From: Mustelus asterias
Taxonomy: Eukaryota
Reading direction: 5' to 3'
Assembly (NCBI RefSeq): GCF_964213995.1
Contig: NW_027590141.1
Location: 372,001 to 436,000, forward strand
Length of the DNA: 64,000 bases
The translations under genes were made by a program, and so were the position numbers. The notes beneath the pieces are model-generated. The model did no database searches, had not been told where the DNA came from, and saw nothing but the letters and a program-made list of their open reading frames with translations. Shown here one piece after another: positions 46,008 through 60,443 of this stretch. The first letter of the stretch is position 1. Each line of letters opens with the position of its first letter.

Positions 46008-46412
46008 GATATTTAAAGGGAAGGGTTTTCAGACAAAAATCTCAAACAAAACAGGTCAAGATTTGACAGAAGCGTTTGATTCATCAGAACCTGAAAATCA
46101 TTTGATTTGAACCCAGAAGAAGAAATCTTGTCTGTTCTGTCACCTTCTGAAGTTTTCAAACATCAGTGTGACAGAAAAACACAGAGACACAGACATCCAG
46201 GTGAGTGTGTCCCAGTGAACTGACTGGAAAGACCTTTGACCAATTACACAGCCTGAAAAAACATCACACCGTTCACAGCGAGGAAAAACTGTCCACGTGT
46301 TGTGTGTGTGGACGAGGCTTTGACTGATTGTCCAACCTGGAGAGACATGGCAAAACCATGGAAATGTGGGGAATGTGCAAGGGATTCCGTGTCCCATCTG
46401 CACTCGAAGCTA
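46008..46412 (+). pseudogene. ZNF pseudogene 7: leader and partial first finger, cut by a CR1 tail
   Basis: Acceptor tttccag|46008, dead-finger leader, KPWKCGEC, then frameshift and LINE sequence. Confidence 0.75.
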
Positions 46413-46599
46413 GACACATACATGAGGGAGAAAGGAATAGAAGGATATGCTGATGGGGGGAGATGAAGAGGGGTGGGTGGAGGCTCATGTGGAGCATAAA
46501 TACTGACATAGACCAATTCAGCCGACTGGCCCGGCCCTGTGCTGTAGACTCAATGGAACAGAGACAAATGTATTTATTTTAGTTCCAGTGCAGTAGTAA

Positions 46600-47150
46600 A
46601 TGCAGAATCTATCAAATTCAGGTCAGAATTAAGAGTCATGGTGTTGTGATCTAAGTTAAAAGAGTATGGAGCACCCACAGCAACTCGGTTACAATGAATG
46701 TTCATCTTCTGAAAGCCCTTATGTGGCCGGTGACAATGTGTGTTTGAAAGCTGGACCATTGAGAAGAGCGATGAGCCGCCAATAAAAGTGTTTGAAATGA
46801 AAGGACTCGGACGGATATTGCGTGTGTCAAGGACGGCAAAGTGGGTGAATGAGTGGGTGCTGGAGAAAGCTGGTGTTCACCGGAACCTGTCTGAGGCTCT
46901 GACATCCCGGAAGCTCACCTATTTTGGACATGCGTTGTGACTAGAGAGGGAGTGTTTGGAAAAAGAGGCAATGTGAGACACAACACCTGGAAAATGTGTA
47001 CAAGGAAGATCCAAGAAGGCACAGGTGAATAATATCGGAATGTGGACTGGCCTCTCAATGGGACAGACAGTGAACGCAGCAGATAAATCAGTGGAGAAAG
47101 ATTTTTCAGAGTGTGACCAACCCTCAGAACGAGGATGGATGAAAGACAAG
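46600..47150 (+). mobile_element. Degenerate RTE-like LINE 3' fragment
   Basis: ESWT..VFEMKGLGRILRVS..NEWVLEKAG..KLTYFGH. Confidence 0.65.
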
Positions 47151-47404
47151 GCACTTGTAGTGGGAGGAAAAATACTATTTACTGTCCAAAATAAAATTAA
47201 TGTACATCTGCTTTTGTGCATAATTTCAATGGAAACGTGCCCTCACTTAAAGGGAATCAGCCACTGGAATAAAAATTGAGACACCGGTCAGTCCAACAGC
47301 GAGAAACCCTTTGACCCTCCCACTTTATCAACTGTCAGAATGAACATGCTTCAGTCCTGGATGTGATTAACAGCAGCAACAACAGCAAAATCCAACCCCT
47401 AAAA

Positions 47405-47911
<507 letters not shown>

Positions 47912-48524
47912 GGTGTGGCTGTCTGTGTCTCAGTGCTTTTGCAGTCACACTGATGGCAAAATGGGTGATGGTTTCCTGCGTCCAAATGAATCGAGTGACT
48001 CTGTCAGGTCTTGATGTGAAGTTTAGTTTGGGATTTCTGATGGCAAATCCTCTCCTTTTAGTATCCTGTAAAAGGAGTTTACAAATGTCATCACTGTCAG
48101 TACAGCTCAGAAACTCAGAACAGACAATCCTAGTTGCTGTGAAACATTCTGTCCACTCTCGTTCCCCAAACCTGTAAGTTACTACCTCTTGCTCCATCCC
48201 CCCCAACTCCCCACTCCCTCCATTCTCACTCTGCTGTATTCACCTTCCCAATTCTCTTCAAGGTGCTAATTCATGCTGATGGGCACTTTTGACACTCTTG
48301 TTCTCGACCAAGTGACAATAGGATCCTATGAAATAGGAGCAGGAGTCGGCCATTCGGCTCACCAACTCTGCTGTTCTATTTCATAAGATCATGGCTGATC
48401 TGATTGTGATTCTGACTTCATTTTCTTCCTGTCACCCATAACCCTTGACCCTATATTTAATAATGCAGCCCCCACTGCTCTCTGGGCAAGAGAACTGCAA
48501 AGATTAACGACCCATTAATTGACA

Positions 48525-48780
48525 GACCAGATGATCGACTGAAGCCTCGTCCACACACAGAAACGTGTATGGTTTCTCCCCACTGTGAACAGTGCTTTTT
48601 CCTCCTATGTTCAAAACTCGATCACATTCAGGGCAGGATAAATTGGGTGATGTTTGATTTTAGTTTCCTGACTTCAAATCCTTTTCTTCTAAAAACCTAT
48701 GAAATTGATTTAAACACAAAAAGAGGAGTGAGAGAGAACCCACAAAAACACAAAGGCAGGTTGTGAAATTGAGCTGAATG
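48525..48780 (-). pseudogene. ZNF leader/acceptor fragment (ZNF3 subtype)
   Basis: Homologous to 16600-16690; encodes part of the third dead finger. Another leader fragment at about 49905-50030. Confidence 0.6.
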
Positions 48781-50084
48781 AATCTGGTAATTTGTGGGGC
48801 TGCCACTAGGACCAAGTGACAATGAAACAGCTGGATTGTCATAAAACACCAACTGACTCAGCAATGTCCTTCAGGGAAGGGAACCTGCCACCCGGTCTGG
48901 ATCTGTGCAAGACTCTAGTCTCCATAGCAGGAGAGAGAGAGACAGAAGGGGGAAGAGGCAAGGGGTGAAGGAGAGGAATGTTATATATTTACAACTCAGC
49001 TGGAACTTACACAGAACCTCCTAAACCCTCAACCACCACCATTGAGCAAGGATAGCAGCTGTATGTGAACATCATCATCTCCAAGTTCCCCTCCAGTTCA
49101 TACATTGTCCTGACTTGACATCCAGTGCCGAAAACTTGAAAATTCCTTCACTAAAATGTTGTGAATTGAAAGCCTTTGTTTTTGGAACGTAGGGTTCGGA
49201 GCAGAAGTTGGCAAATTCAGCCCTTCAAGCTGCTCCGCTATTCAATCAGATCATGGCTGATGTCTCCCTCGTCTCAAATCCACCTCCCCTCCTGTTCCCC
49301 ATATCCCATTAAGCCTTTTTGTTCCATCAGAAATACATCTATCTCCTTTAGTTCCTGTTACAAACTCCACTCCCTTGCCACTGACTCCATTCTCCCCCTT
49401 GCAAACTGTCTGAGACCGATCCAGATTATTCAGAACAATGGTGAAATATTTCATCCCAAACTGACCTTTCAATCACATATCCACATTATCACCACCACTG
49501 TATGTTTCCACCTCAGTAACATCACCCAACTCTGACCAAGTCTCAGCTCATCTGCCTTTGAGACCCTCATCCATTCCTTTGTTACCTCTTGGCTTAACTT
49601 TCCTCATGCACTTCCAGCAGCCTCGCACATTCAACCTCCCCGTCACCTTAAGGTCATCCAAGTCACTGCTGTCCGTGTGCCCATTCACACCAAGTGTTTA
49701 CACATCAGCTCTGTGTTTGCTGACCAAAAAAAGCTCCTGACTTTTTTATACAAAATACATACAAATTGTTATTTCTCCACAACTAACTGAGGATGGACAA
49801 TACTTGAGACACAGATTTAAGATTTTGAGCAAGATCAATAGTGGCGATATGAAGAAGAGATTTTACACAGTGAGTGATAATGACCTGGAACTCAATGCTT
49901 ACCCGCAAAGATCAATGATATTCAGGTCCTGATGGGTTGAGTCATGCTGTCAGAATTTGATGAGGTTTGGTTTGAGATTTCTCTCTGCAAATCCTCTTCT
50001 AATATCCGGTAAAAGAAGTATACAAAAACATCATGATCATTCCATAGAGTCACAGGGATTTACAGTATGGAAACAGGCCACAAA

Positions 50085-50780
50085 CATTGGTGTCATCTGC
50101 AAACTAACTAACCATGCCTCCTAAATTCTCATCCAAATCATTAATATAACGAATAAAAAACAGTGAACCCAGCACCGATCCCTGAGGCACACCACTGGTC
50201 ACAGGCCTCCAGTTTGAAGAACAACCCTCTACAACCACCCTCTGTCATGAAGTCAATTTTGTATCCATTTGGCTACCTTACCCTGGATCCCATGAGATTT
50301 AACCTTGTGCAACAACCTACCATGCGGTACCTCATCAAAGGCCTTGCGAAAGTCCATGTAGGCAACGTTAACTACAGTGCCCTCATCCAACTTCTTGGTT
50401 ATCCCTTCAAAAAAAAACTCAATCAAATTTGTGAGACATGATTTTCCACTCACAAAGCCATGCTGACTGTCCCTAATCAGTCCTTGCCTCTCTAAATGCT
50501 TGTAGATCCTGTCTCTCAGAATATCTTCTCACAACTTACCCACGACAGACATTAGGTTCACCGGACTGTAGTTCCCAGGCTTTTCCCTGCAGCCCTTCTT
50601 AAACAAAGCCACAACATCTGCCACCCTCCAATCTTCAGGCACTTCACCTGCTATCGATGACTCAAATATCTTTGCTCAGGGAGCCGCAATTTCCTCCCTA
50701 CCCTCCCACAATGTCCTGGGATACACTTCATCAGGTCCCGGGGATTTATCTACCTTGATGCACTTTATGACTTCCAGCAC
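50085..50780 (-). mobile_element. CR1 LINE fragment
   Basis: GKSCLTNLIEFF..YMDFRKAFDEVPHGRL; KSPGPD. Confidence 0.85.
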
Positions 50781-51099
50781 GAGTCCAGAAATTATATTCT
50801 GAAGAATGATGGAGTTTTCCAGCCCAAAGAGGCCACTCGGCCCATCATGTCTCCACCAGCCACCCTGCATCTATTCTAATCCCACTTTCTAGCACTTCAT
50901 CCATAGCCTTGTCCGCTATGGCGTTTCAAATGCTCATCTAAATGCTTCTTAAATGTTGTAAACGTTTCCGCCTCTACCACCCTTTCTGGCAGTGAGATAG
51001 ATCCATGATGCAAACGGGGTAAAATCTTTTTGAGAGGTTGCGGTTTGCACAACATATTTGCGAAACCTCCCTGCTCACCAGCCTGATCCATCGCTCCCT

Positions 51100-51310
51100 C
51101 GGCACAGCCCATTCCCTCACCGAACCTGGGTCCCAGAAAAAATACTATCCGCCAGGCATTACCCGGACTGCGCATGCTCCACTCCCAGCCCCGCCCCTCA
51201 TTCACTCCCATTGGTTGGAGGACCAGCCGCTCCCGCTCGGTCCTCCAGTCCCGCCCCCTCTCCTCCTATTGGTCCGCAGCTGCCGTCAATCAGCCGGGCA
51301 TTGTGACGGT
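51100..51310. promoter_or_regulatory. Promoter module paralogous to 25936-26242
   Basis: actgcgcatgctcc plus a near-identical cagccccgcccctcattcactcc.attggttgg.ggaccagccgctcccgctcggtcctcc block. Confidence 0.6.
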
Positions 51311-52840
51311 TTCAGATGGTGGGAGGGGCCACAGACTCAGGCTGACTTGCTGATTATCGGCAGCATTTTGTGTTTGGGAATTAGAGCTGGAGATGGATGG
51401 TCAGTTCCCCTCTGTCCAGGGCTGGGGGATTCACACTCATTTCCCCAGGACACTCATTATCACCGCAACTTTACAGGAGAAAGTCCCCGCTTCAATCCTT
51501 ACTGCAAACTTTATGTTTAAAATTATTACTGATGATTGTCTTTTGATTTGTCACATGTATTAGTATACATTGAAAAGTATTGTTTGTTGAGCGCTACACA
51601 GACAAAGCATACCGTTCATAGAGAAGGAGAGGGTGCAGAATGTAGTGTTACAGTCATAGCCAGGGTGTAAAGAAAGATCAACTTAATGCAAGGTAAGTCC
51701 ATTCAAAAGTCTGACAGCAACAGGGAAGAAGCTGTTCTTGAGTCAGTTGGTACGTGTCCTCAGACTTTTGTATCTTTTTCCAAGTGGAAGGAGGCAGAAG
51801 AGACAATGTCTGCGGTGCGTGGGGTCCTTGTGGTAAATCCTATCAATGGCCGAATGAAAATCCTGATAAATTACATCAACTTCATTGCCAACTCTCTCTG
51901 TTACCTCCTCAAAACATTCGATAAGATTGTCCAGGGAAATGTTCCCTTTTGAAATCCATACTGATTTCTCGATTTTCGTATGTTCTGTCCTTTACTTGGG
52001 ATTCTATTTATCGACATGAGGCTGACTAGTCTATCATTCACTGAGCATGTTCTGTCCTCTTTCTGAAATGTCGGAATCAGATTAGCTCTCTGCCAGTCCT
52101 CTGGCACTACACATTTAGTGAATTAATTATGAGTAGTACTGTCTGTGCTATCTCTTCCCGACATTCTTTTAAAATGTGAATTTAATCCATCCCCTTTAAG
52201 TTATATTAGTTTATCCAACACATCCTTTCTTGATTTTAAATGAACTTCTCATTACTCATCTGATCACTCAATTTTTTATTTATCTATTCTCTCTCCCAGA
52301 GTACAATGAAGCAAAAGAATGTTTGAAGATTTCGGTAATCTGTAGATCATTAGCTGTGGTATTGTGCTGTCTGTCCCTTCATAGTCCAATTCACATCACA
52401 GGTTTCCTCTTTTATTGATGTATAAAATATTTCACCATTCTGTTTAATGTTCCATGATAATTTCATAATGCAGGTGTCACTGTGTAATGTGCAAGCCAGT
52501 AAGAATTATCAGCAAAGATTACTCAGCAGTTTCTAATTGGAGATGTTAATCAGTGGAACTTCTCAGACATTGAATTGTCAATGTTGCACCACAGATCAAT
52601 TTAGGATTGAAGTAATAGTTCAGAATTTTGTAATTGAGTGCCTATCATGAGTTCTTGGATGAAGGAGAGATCAGAGGGTGCTTTCAAAACCCAAAACTGC
52701 ACTCCTGAGAATCAGTAACATCTCCAGAATATTAAACTCCAGCCAGTTATTCTCTAATCGGCAGAAACAAACCAGATATATTCAGATGATCAATCCTTGA
52801 CAAAATTAACAGCAGCAATAACAGAATTCAACAACTGCTG

Positions 52841-53959
52841 TCACTTGTGAACTTGCTGATGTGTCAACAGGTGCTGTGACTGAGTGAAGCCCTTTCCACA
52901 CACACAGCAGGTGAACGGCCTCTCCCCAGTGTGAATTCTCTGGTGTGTCTGCAGGTGAGAGCACTGAGAGAATCCCTTCCCACACTCGGAGCAGGTGAAT
53001 GGCCTGTCCCCAGTGTGGGTGCGTCGGTGTGCAGTGAGGGCGGAAGAATGTCTGAACCTCTTTTCACAGGAAGTGCAGCTGAATGGCTTCTCCTCGGTGT
53101 GAATTCGCTGGTGTGACCAAAGGCCACTCGAGTGAGTAAATCTCTTCCCACACACAGAGCAGGTGAATGGTCGCTCCCCAGTATGAGTGCGTTGGTGTGC
53201 AGTGAGGTCGGAAGATTGCCTGAACCTCTTTCCACAGTGCTTGCAGCTGAATGGCCTCTCCTCTGTGTGAATTCGCTGGTGTAACATGAGGCTGGCTGAC
53301 TGAGTGAATCCCTTACCACACATACAGCAGGTGAATGGTCTCTCCCCAGTGTGAACCCGCTGGTGTGCAGTGAGGTTGGATAACTGTCCGAAACTCTTTT
53401 CACAGTAAGTGCAGCTGAAGGGCTTCTCCTCAGTGTGATTTCGCTGGTGTCTCAGTAAGTTGGTTGACTTAGTAAATCCCTTCCCACACACAGAACAGGA
53501 GAATGGCTTCTCCCCGGTGTGGCTGCGTCGATGGATTTCCAGCAGGCACGGGAAATTGAATCCTTTGCCACAATCCTCACATTTCCATGGTTTCTCCATG
53601 GCCCCTGCCCCAGTGTGACTGCGTCGATGGTATTCTAGCAGGGATGGATAATTGAATCCTTTCCCACATTCTTCACATTTGCAAATCCGCTCCCCAGTGT
53701 GACTGCGTCGATGGTTTTCCAACAAGGATGGATAATTGAATCCTTTCCCACATTCCTCACATTTCCATGGTCTCTCTCCAGTGTGACTGCGTTGGTGAAT
53801 TTCCAACAGGGATGGATAATTGAATCCCTTCCCACATTCCACACATTGCCACGGTTTTTCCATCGTGCCAGCCCCACCGTGAACGCGTCGATGGATTTCC
53901 AGCCGGGATGGAAAATTGAATCGTTTCCCACAGTCCCCACATTTCCACTGTTTCTCCAT
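52841..53959 (-). CDS. C2H2 zinc-finger protein 9, 13 fingers
   Basis: Intact ORF from ACC-ATG-G (MEKQWKC); the first five fingers are copies of the leader-finger type. Confidence 0.9.
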   Translation of the reverse strand: MEKQWKCGDCGKRFNFPSRLEIHRRVHGGAGTMEKPWQCVECGKGFNYPSLLEIHQRSHTGERPWKCEECGKGFNYPSLLENHRRSHTGERICKCEECGKGFNYPSLLEYHRRSHTGAGAMEKPWKCEDCGKGFNFPCLLEIHRRSHTGEKPFSCSVCGKGFTKSTNLLRHQRNHTEEKPFSCTYCEKSFGQLSNLTAHQRVHTGERPFTCCMCGKGFTQSASLMLHQRIHTEERPFSCKHCGKRFRQSSDLTAHQRTHTGERPFTCSVCGKRFTHSSGLWSHQRIHTEEKPFSCTSCEKRFRHSSALTAHRRTHTGDRPFTCSECGKGFSQCSHLQTHQRIHTGERPFTCCVCGKGFTQSQHLLTHQQVHK

Positions 53960-54699
53960 GGTGTCAGTGTCCCTGTCTCTCTCCAGGTTGGATGACACAC
54001 ACACGTCCACACACACAACACATGTATAGTTTCTTCCTGCTATGAACGGTGTTATATTTTTTCAGGCTGTATAACTAGAGAAACCACTTTCCACATTCAG
54101 TTCACTGGACACTTTTGCTTGGGTGTGCGTGCTTCCAGATCCTTTTATAAAAGAATAGAAAGAGACAAAGGTCACAGCACAGAAGGAGGCGGTCACATTG
54201 AAATTAGAAATCCCTTGTTTTCTGAGACAAAGGTATTTTGCAAAAGTCATCGCCATCAGTACAGGACAGAAATTCAGAAAGGACAATTCTAGTTTTGATG
54301 GAACATTTCTTCCTTACTCATTGCACCAAAGCTGTAAATCCCCATCCTTCACATTTTTGCTCCTTCCTGGCCTGAAATCATAGTCACAGAGTTTTACAGC
54401 ACAAAAAGAGGCCCATTGTGTCAGTGCCGGCCATCAAACATATCTATTCTCATCCCATTTCTTGTACTTGGTCCAGAGCCTTCTATGCTATTGCATTTCA
54501 AACACTCATCTAAATGGTTCTTAAATGTTGAGAGTTCTCACCTTTCCCACCCTTTGAGGTCGTGAGTTCCAGATTCCCACCACCCTCTGGGTGAAAAAGT
54601 ATTTTCTCAAATCCCCTCTAAATCTCCTGCCCCTTAACTCAAATCTATGGCAGCTGGTTTTTGACCCCTCTAAGGGGAAAAGTAACTTCCTGTCTATCC

Positions 54700-54997
54700 T
54701 AAACAAAAAGAGAACATGCTGGAAAATCTCAGCGGGTCTGGCAGCATCTGTAAGGACAGAAAAGAGCTGACATTGAGTCCAGATGACCCTTTGTCAAAGC
54801 TAAAAGGCACAATGTGGAGATGACGGCGTTAGACTGGGGTGGGCACAGTAAGATGTCTCACAACACCAGGTTAAAGTCCAATAGGTTTATTTGGTAGCAT
54901 GAGTTTTCGGAGCACTGCCCCTTCATCATGTGAGTGGACTCAAATAAAATCCAAATAAACCTATTGGACTTTAACCTGGTGTTGAGATACTTCCTAC
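54700..54997. mobile_element. Nested Penelope pLTR fragments of two families with degenerate hammerheads
   Basis: 54700-54801 second family (-); 54812-54927 first family (-; ATGATGA core); 54950-54997 inverted piece. Confidence 0.65.
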
Positions 54998-55169
54998 AAT
55001 GCCTAAAAGGCATAGAAAGTGTGAGATATTTATACTGTAGGGTGAGAGAATGAAAGATGAGTCACAGCCACAAAATGACAGTCCATAGAGAGAATAAGAG
55101 GTATAAATGGCCAAATGGCAAAGAAGCTGAAATCAGAGAGTAAGCTGTGACAGATGAAGATGCTTTTAT

Positions 55170-56500
55170 CCCAAGTTTGCAGATGACACCAAGATTGGTG
55201 GTATAGTGGACAGTGAAGAAGGTTATCTAGGATTGCAACAGGATCTTGATCAATTGGGTCAGTGGGCTGACGAATCGCAGATGGAGTTTAAATTAGATAA
55301 ATGTGAGGTGATGCATTTCGGTAGATCGAACCAGGGCAGGACTTACTCAGTTAATGGTAGGGTGTTGGGGAGAGTTACAGAACAAAGAGATCGAGGGGTA
55401 CATGTTCATAGCTCCTTGAAAGTGGAGTCACAGGTAGACAGAGTGGTGAAGACGGCATTTGGCATGCTTGCTTTCATTGGTCAGAACATTGAATACAGGA
55501 GTTGGGACGTCTTGTTGAAGTTGTACACAATACATTGGTAAGGCCACACTTGGAATACTGTGGACAGTTCTGGTCACCCTACCATAGAAAGGATATTATT
55601 AAACTAGAAAGAGTGCAGAACAGATTTACTAGGATGCTCCCAGGACTTGGTGGTTTGAGTTATAAGAAGAGGCTGGATAGACTGGGACATTTTTCTCTGG
55701 AGCGTAGGAGGCTTAGGGGTGACCTTATAGGGGTCTATAAAATAATGAGGCACAGATCAGCTAGATAGCCAATATATCTTACCAAAGGTAAGGATGTATA
55801 AAATTAGAGAGCACAGGTTTAAGGTGAGAGATACAAAAGGGTCCAGAGCGGCAATTTTTTTCACAGAGGGTGGAGAGTGTCCGGAACGAGCTGCTAGATG
55901 CAGTAGTAGAGGCAGGTACATTCTTGTCTTTTAAAAAGTGTTTAGACAGTCACATGGGCGAGATGGGTAGAGGGGTATGGGCCAAATGCAGGCAATTGGG
56001 ACTAGCTTAGGGGTTAAAAAAGGGGCAGCATGGGCAAGTTGGGCTGGAGGACCTGTTTCCATGCTGCAAACCTCTATGACTCTATCCTAACTATATCCCT
56101 CATAATTTTAAAGACTTCAATCTTGTCCCTATCAGCCTTCACTGTTCTAAGAACAACAATCCCAGCGTAGCCAGCTTCTCTCCATAGTTGAAATGCTCCA
56201 ACACAGGCAACATCCTGGTGAATCTCCTCTGCATCCTCTCTCGTGCAATCACATCCTTCCTGTAGTGTGGTGACCAGAACTGCACACAGCACACTAGCTG
56301 TGGCCAACCGAGCATTTTATACAGTTCCATCAGAACCTCCCTGGTCTTCTGTTCTGTGCCTTGGCTGATAAAGGTAACTATCTCATATGCCTTGTAACCA
56401 CCTTACCAACCTGTCCTGCTTCCTGATAGGATCTTTGCACATGCACCCTTAGGTCTCTCTGCTCTACTTCCTAGCATCCTCCCATTCATTGAGTATTCAC
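55170..56500. mobile_element. CR1 fragments (plus 55170-56085, minus 56090-56500)
   Basis: KFADDTK, LQQDLDQL..LVRPHLEYCGQFWSP; VQFWSPHYRKDV. Confidence 0.85.
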
Positions 56501-56539
56501 ACCCACTGCAGCATCTCCACCCTCCACTTCCAACTTCCT

Positions 56540-57000
56540 CCTTCGCTCCTGTGAACGGATTGAGAATAAAATTCTTGAATCAAACATTTTCTCTCCTGGT
56601 CACGGGGACCCTGAGAACCCGCCCGCCCTTTGTGACGTCACAGATAGCCGCGCCTGCGCCCTGCTGCCCGCTGGAACAAGATGGCGGCCGTAACCCCGGG
56701 CCTGTTGCCGGGAAAAGCCTCGGTGCTCCAAACGCGAGAGCTGCAGGATTTTATTGGGGATTCGCCTACATGGCCTACACCGGGTGTTAATGAACTCTGT
56801 CCTCACCCTCCGCCTCCTACCGGCCGCCGTTTCTTCTCGCGCCGCCGCCTCTTACCGTCCGCCGTTCGACAAACCAGCTTCTCGTCCACTGTCCAGCCTG
56901 CGCATGTTCAGTACAACGAGGAACTGCGCATGCGTTCAGGTCTCCAGCTCTGATCGGGGACATTCTCTCCCGCGGGGCAGGTTGGGTAACATCCCCGCCA
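56540..57000. promoter_or_regulatory. CpG-island promoter, probably of ZNF9
   Basis: TGACGTCA (CRE), CAAGATGGCGGCC (YY1), GCGCCTGCGC and TGCGCATGCG (NRF1). Partial homology to 25.6-25.95 kb. Confidence 0.65.
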
Positions 57001-57044
57001 TTGATCCAGTGAGTTTAGAATTATTTATCCGCTGTTGCTGAGAC

Positions 57045-57135
57045 TCAGTAAGAAGTCTCACAACCAGGTTAAAGTCCAACAGGTTTATTTGGAATCACGA
57101 GCATTCGGAGCACCGCCCCTTCATCAGGTGAGTCT
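57045..57135 (-). mobile_element. Penelope pLTR fragment with one core mutation in the hammerhead
   Basis: CAC-CTGATGA-A-GGGGC-GGT-GCTCC-GAAT-GC-TC-GTG at 57096-57130. Confidence 0.7.
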
Positions 57136-57384
57136 CCACATCTACAAGCATCTTCACATCATTGTCAAGACTGCGCTCGTCCCCTCAGCCTCCTGCAGCC
57201 ACACCGCACATGCTCCGCTCAGGGAGGTGGGCACTGGGTGCAGAGCTTAACAGGCACGTGCGTGTTGCCCTTCTGAAGGAGATTGGCCTGATTAACCTGG
57301 CATTTATTTCATCAATGGAATGAAATATCGAGTGTCACAGTCATTGAAAAATAAAATGTTAGAAAGCAGTGAACATTATAAATA

Positions 57385-58095
57385 AACATAAAAACTAGGA
57401 GCAGGAGTAGGCCATCTGGCCCCTCGAGCCTCCTCTGCCATTCAAAAAGATCATGGCTGATCTTTTTGTGGCCTCAGCTCCACTTACCCGCCCGTTCACC
57501 ATAACCCTTAATTCCTTTACTGTTCAAAAGTTTATCGATCCTTGTCTTAAGAACATTCAATGAGGTAGCCTCAACTGCTTCATTGGGCAGGGAATTCCAC
57601 AGATTCATAACCCTTTGTGTTAAGAAGTTCCTCCTCAACTCAGTCCTAAATCCGCTTCCCCTTATTTTGAGCCTGTGCCTCCTAGTTCTAGTTTCACCCA
57701 CCAGTGGAAACAACTTCCCAGCTTCTATCTTATTTATTCCCTTCATAATCTTATATGTTTCTATAAGATCTCCCCTCATTCTTCTGAATTCCAATGAGTA
57801 TAGCCCCAGTCTACTCAGTCTCTCCTCATCAGCCAACCCTCTCAACTCCGGAATCAACCTAGTGAATCTCCTCTGCACCCCCTCCAATGCCAGTTTATCC
57901 TTTCTCAAGTAAGGAGACCAAAACTGTACACAGTACTCCAGGTGTGGCCTCACCAGCACCTTATACAGCTACAACATAATCTCACTGTTTTTAAACTCCA
58001 TCCCTCAAGCAATGAAGGACAAAATTCCATTTGCCTTCTTAATTACCTGCTGCATCTGCAAACCAACTCCTTGAGATTCCTGCACAAGGACACAC
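57385..58095 (-). mobile_element. Young CR1 LINE 3' part
   Basis: 161-aa open CR1 ORF2 C-terminus plus tail. Confidence 0.92.
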
Positions 58096-59829
58096 TTGTG
58101 CTAGCTACTCTTACTCATTAGCTATCCGGTGCAAAATTAATATCTTAAAAGTAATAATTCATTTCATCATTTATTAATTGTCTACTTTTAAAAAAATTAA
58201 TCATGCTAATCTGATTTAATTTCCCAACTCTGATTCATGGCCTCATTTTGTTCCTGTCTCCAAGCCCCTTAACTTTATCTGACAGTGTAATGTTGTCCTG
58301 GAAGCCAACAGGAAGAGGTCTCAGAGGATCAAGGGATTTGATTTGATTTATTCTTGTCACAGGTACTGGGATGTAGTGAAATGTATTGTTTCTTGTGCGC
58401 TATACAATCAAAATATACTATTCATAGAGTACATAGGGGAGAAGGAAAGGAGAGGGTGCAGAATATAGTGTTGCAGTCACACACAGGCTGTAGAGAAAGA
58501 TCAGCTTAATATATTGTAGGTCCATTCGAAAGTCTGTTGGCAGCAGGGAAGAAGCTGTTCTTGTTGATTGCTATATATTAGCAGACCTTTGCATCTTTTT
58601 TCTAATGGAAGAAGGTGGAAGAGAGTATTTCCAGGGTGTTTTGCATCCTTGATTATGCTGGCTACTTTCCTGAGTCAACGGCAAAATTATGAGAGACATA
58701 GACAGGATGGATAGTCTGAGGCTTTTTCTGAGGGTGGCACGGGCTCAAGGTGAGAGGGGGAACGTTTTCAATGCAGAGAGTGGTGGATGCTTGGAATGTG
58801 CTGCCAGAGGTGGTGGTGGAAGCAGGCACATTAGCAACATTTAAGTGGCATCTGGATGGTACATGAATAGGAAGGGAATGAAGGATACCGACTGAGTATG
58901 GGCAGAATTTTATTTTTTAGTTTAGTTAGGGCATCATCATTGGTACAGGCTTGGAGGGCCAAAGGGCCTGTTCCTGAGCTGTACTTTTCTTGTTCTTTGA
59001 AGTTTAGATGGAGTGAATGGATGGGAGGCTGATTTGCATCATGGACTGGATTACATTCCCAACTCTTTGTAGTTTCTTGCGATCTTAGTCAGAGCAGAAG
59101 AAGCAGGGAGTTCTGTAATAAGTCAACCTGTGTTGACCAGTCAAGTGTGTAATTGCGAAATGAAAACAGGAAATGTTGGAAAAACTCAGCAAGTTTGGCA
59201 GTAACTGTGGACAAAGAAACAGAGTTAGGGACACAAAACAGTCTGACTCTCCTTCAGATTCTTCTTCTAAGTCATTGAGAAACCCTGGTTACCAAGTTAT
59301 CTTTTAAACTTAAACATAGCATTTCACTTTCAGTCAGGAACAGATCCCAGTTTTACACCAATCTCTGATTTGACAGCACATTTACAGCATCCATCATTGT
59401 TCTTCCTGACTCTAAACCTAGTTGTAAAGGAGTTTCTGTTCTGTGTCGAGGAGCCCTGAACCATGGAAGAGAGCAGCTGGGACACATTTCTTACCCACCT
59501 CAGGATTCACCTACACGGGGATTTTGCTGTCAGTGAAGAGCGATGTGAAAAAGCCAAGTGCTATTTGTCCCTCTCAGTGTGACCCTGAAGGATTGTGTCC
59601 AGGCTGAAGTTCTGTTCCTACTGTGTGATCCTTCTGCAGATTATCCTTTCTGAGTTCCAGCCTGGTGATGTTAAACATGGAGGTGGGAAAGACAAAAATC
59701 TACAATGTGTTTAAAACAAGTTTAAAATTTATCCTGAACATTAAACACCACCCAAGTTACAGGGCTTTGAACATCAGCAAAACAAACTCCAATTATCCAA
59801 ACCAACATGCTTCTGTCTGGATGTGATTA

Positions 59830-60443
<614 letters not shown>

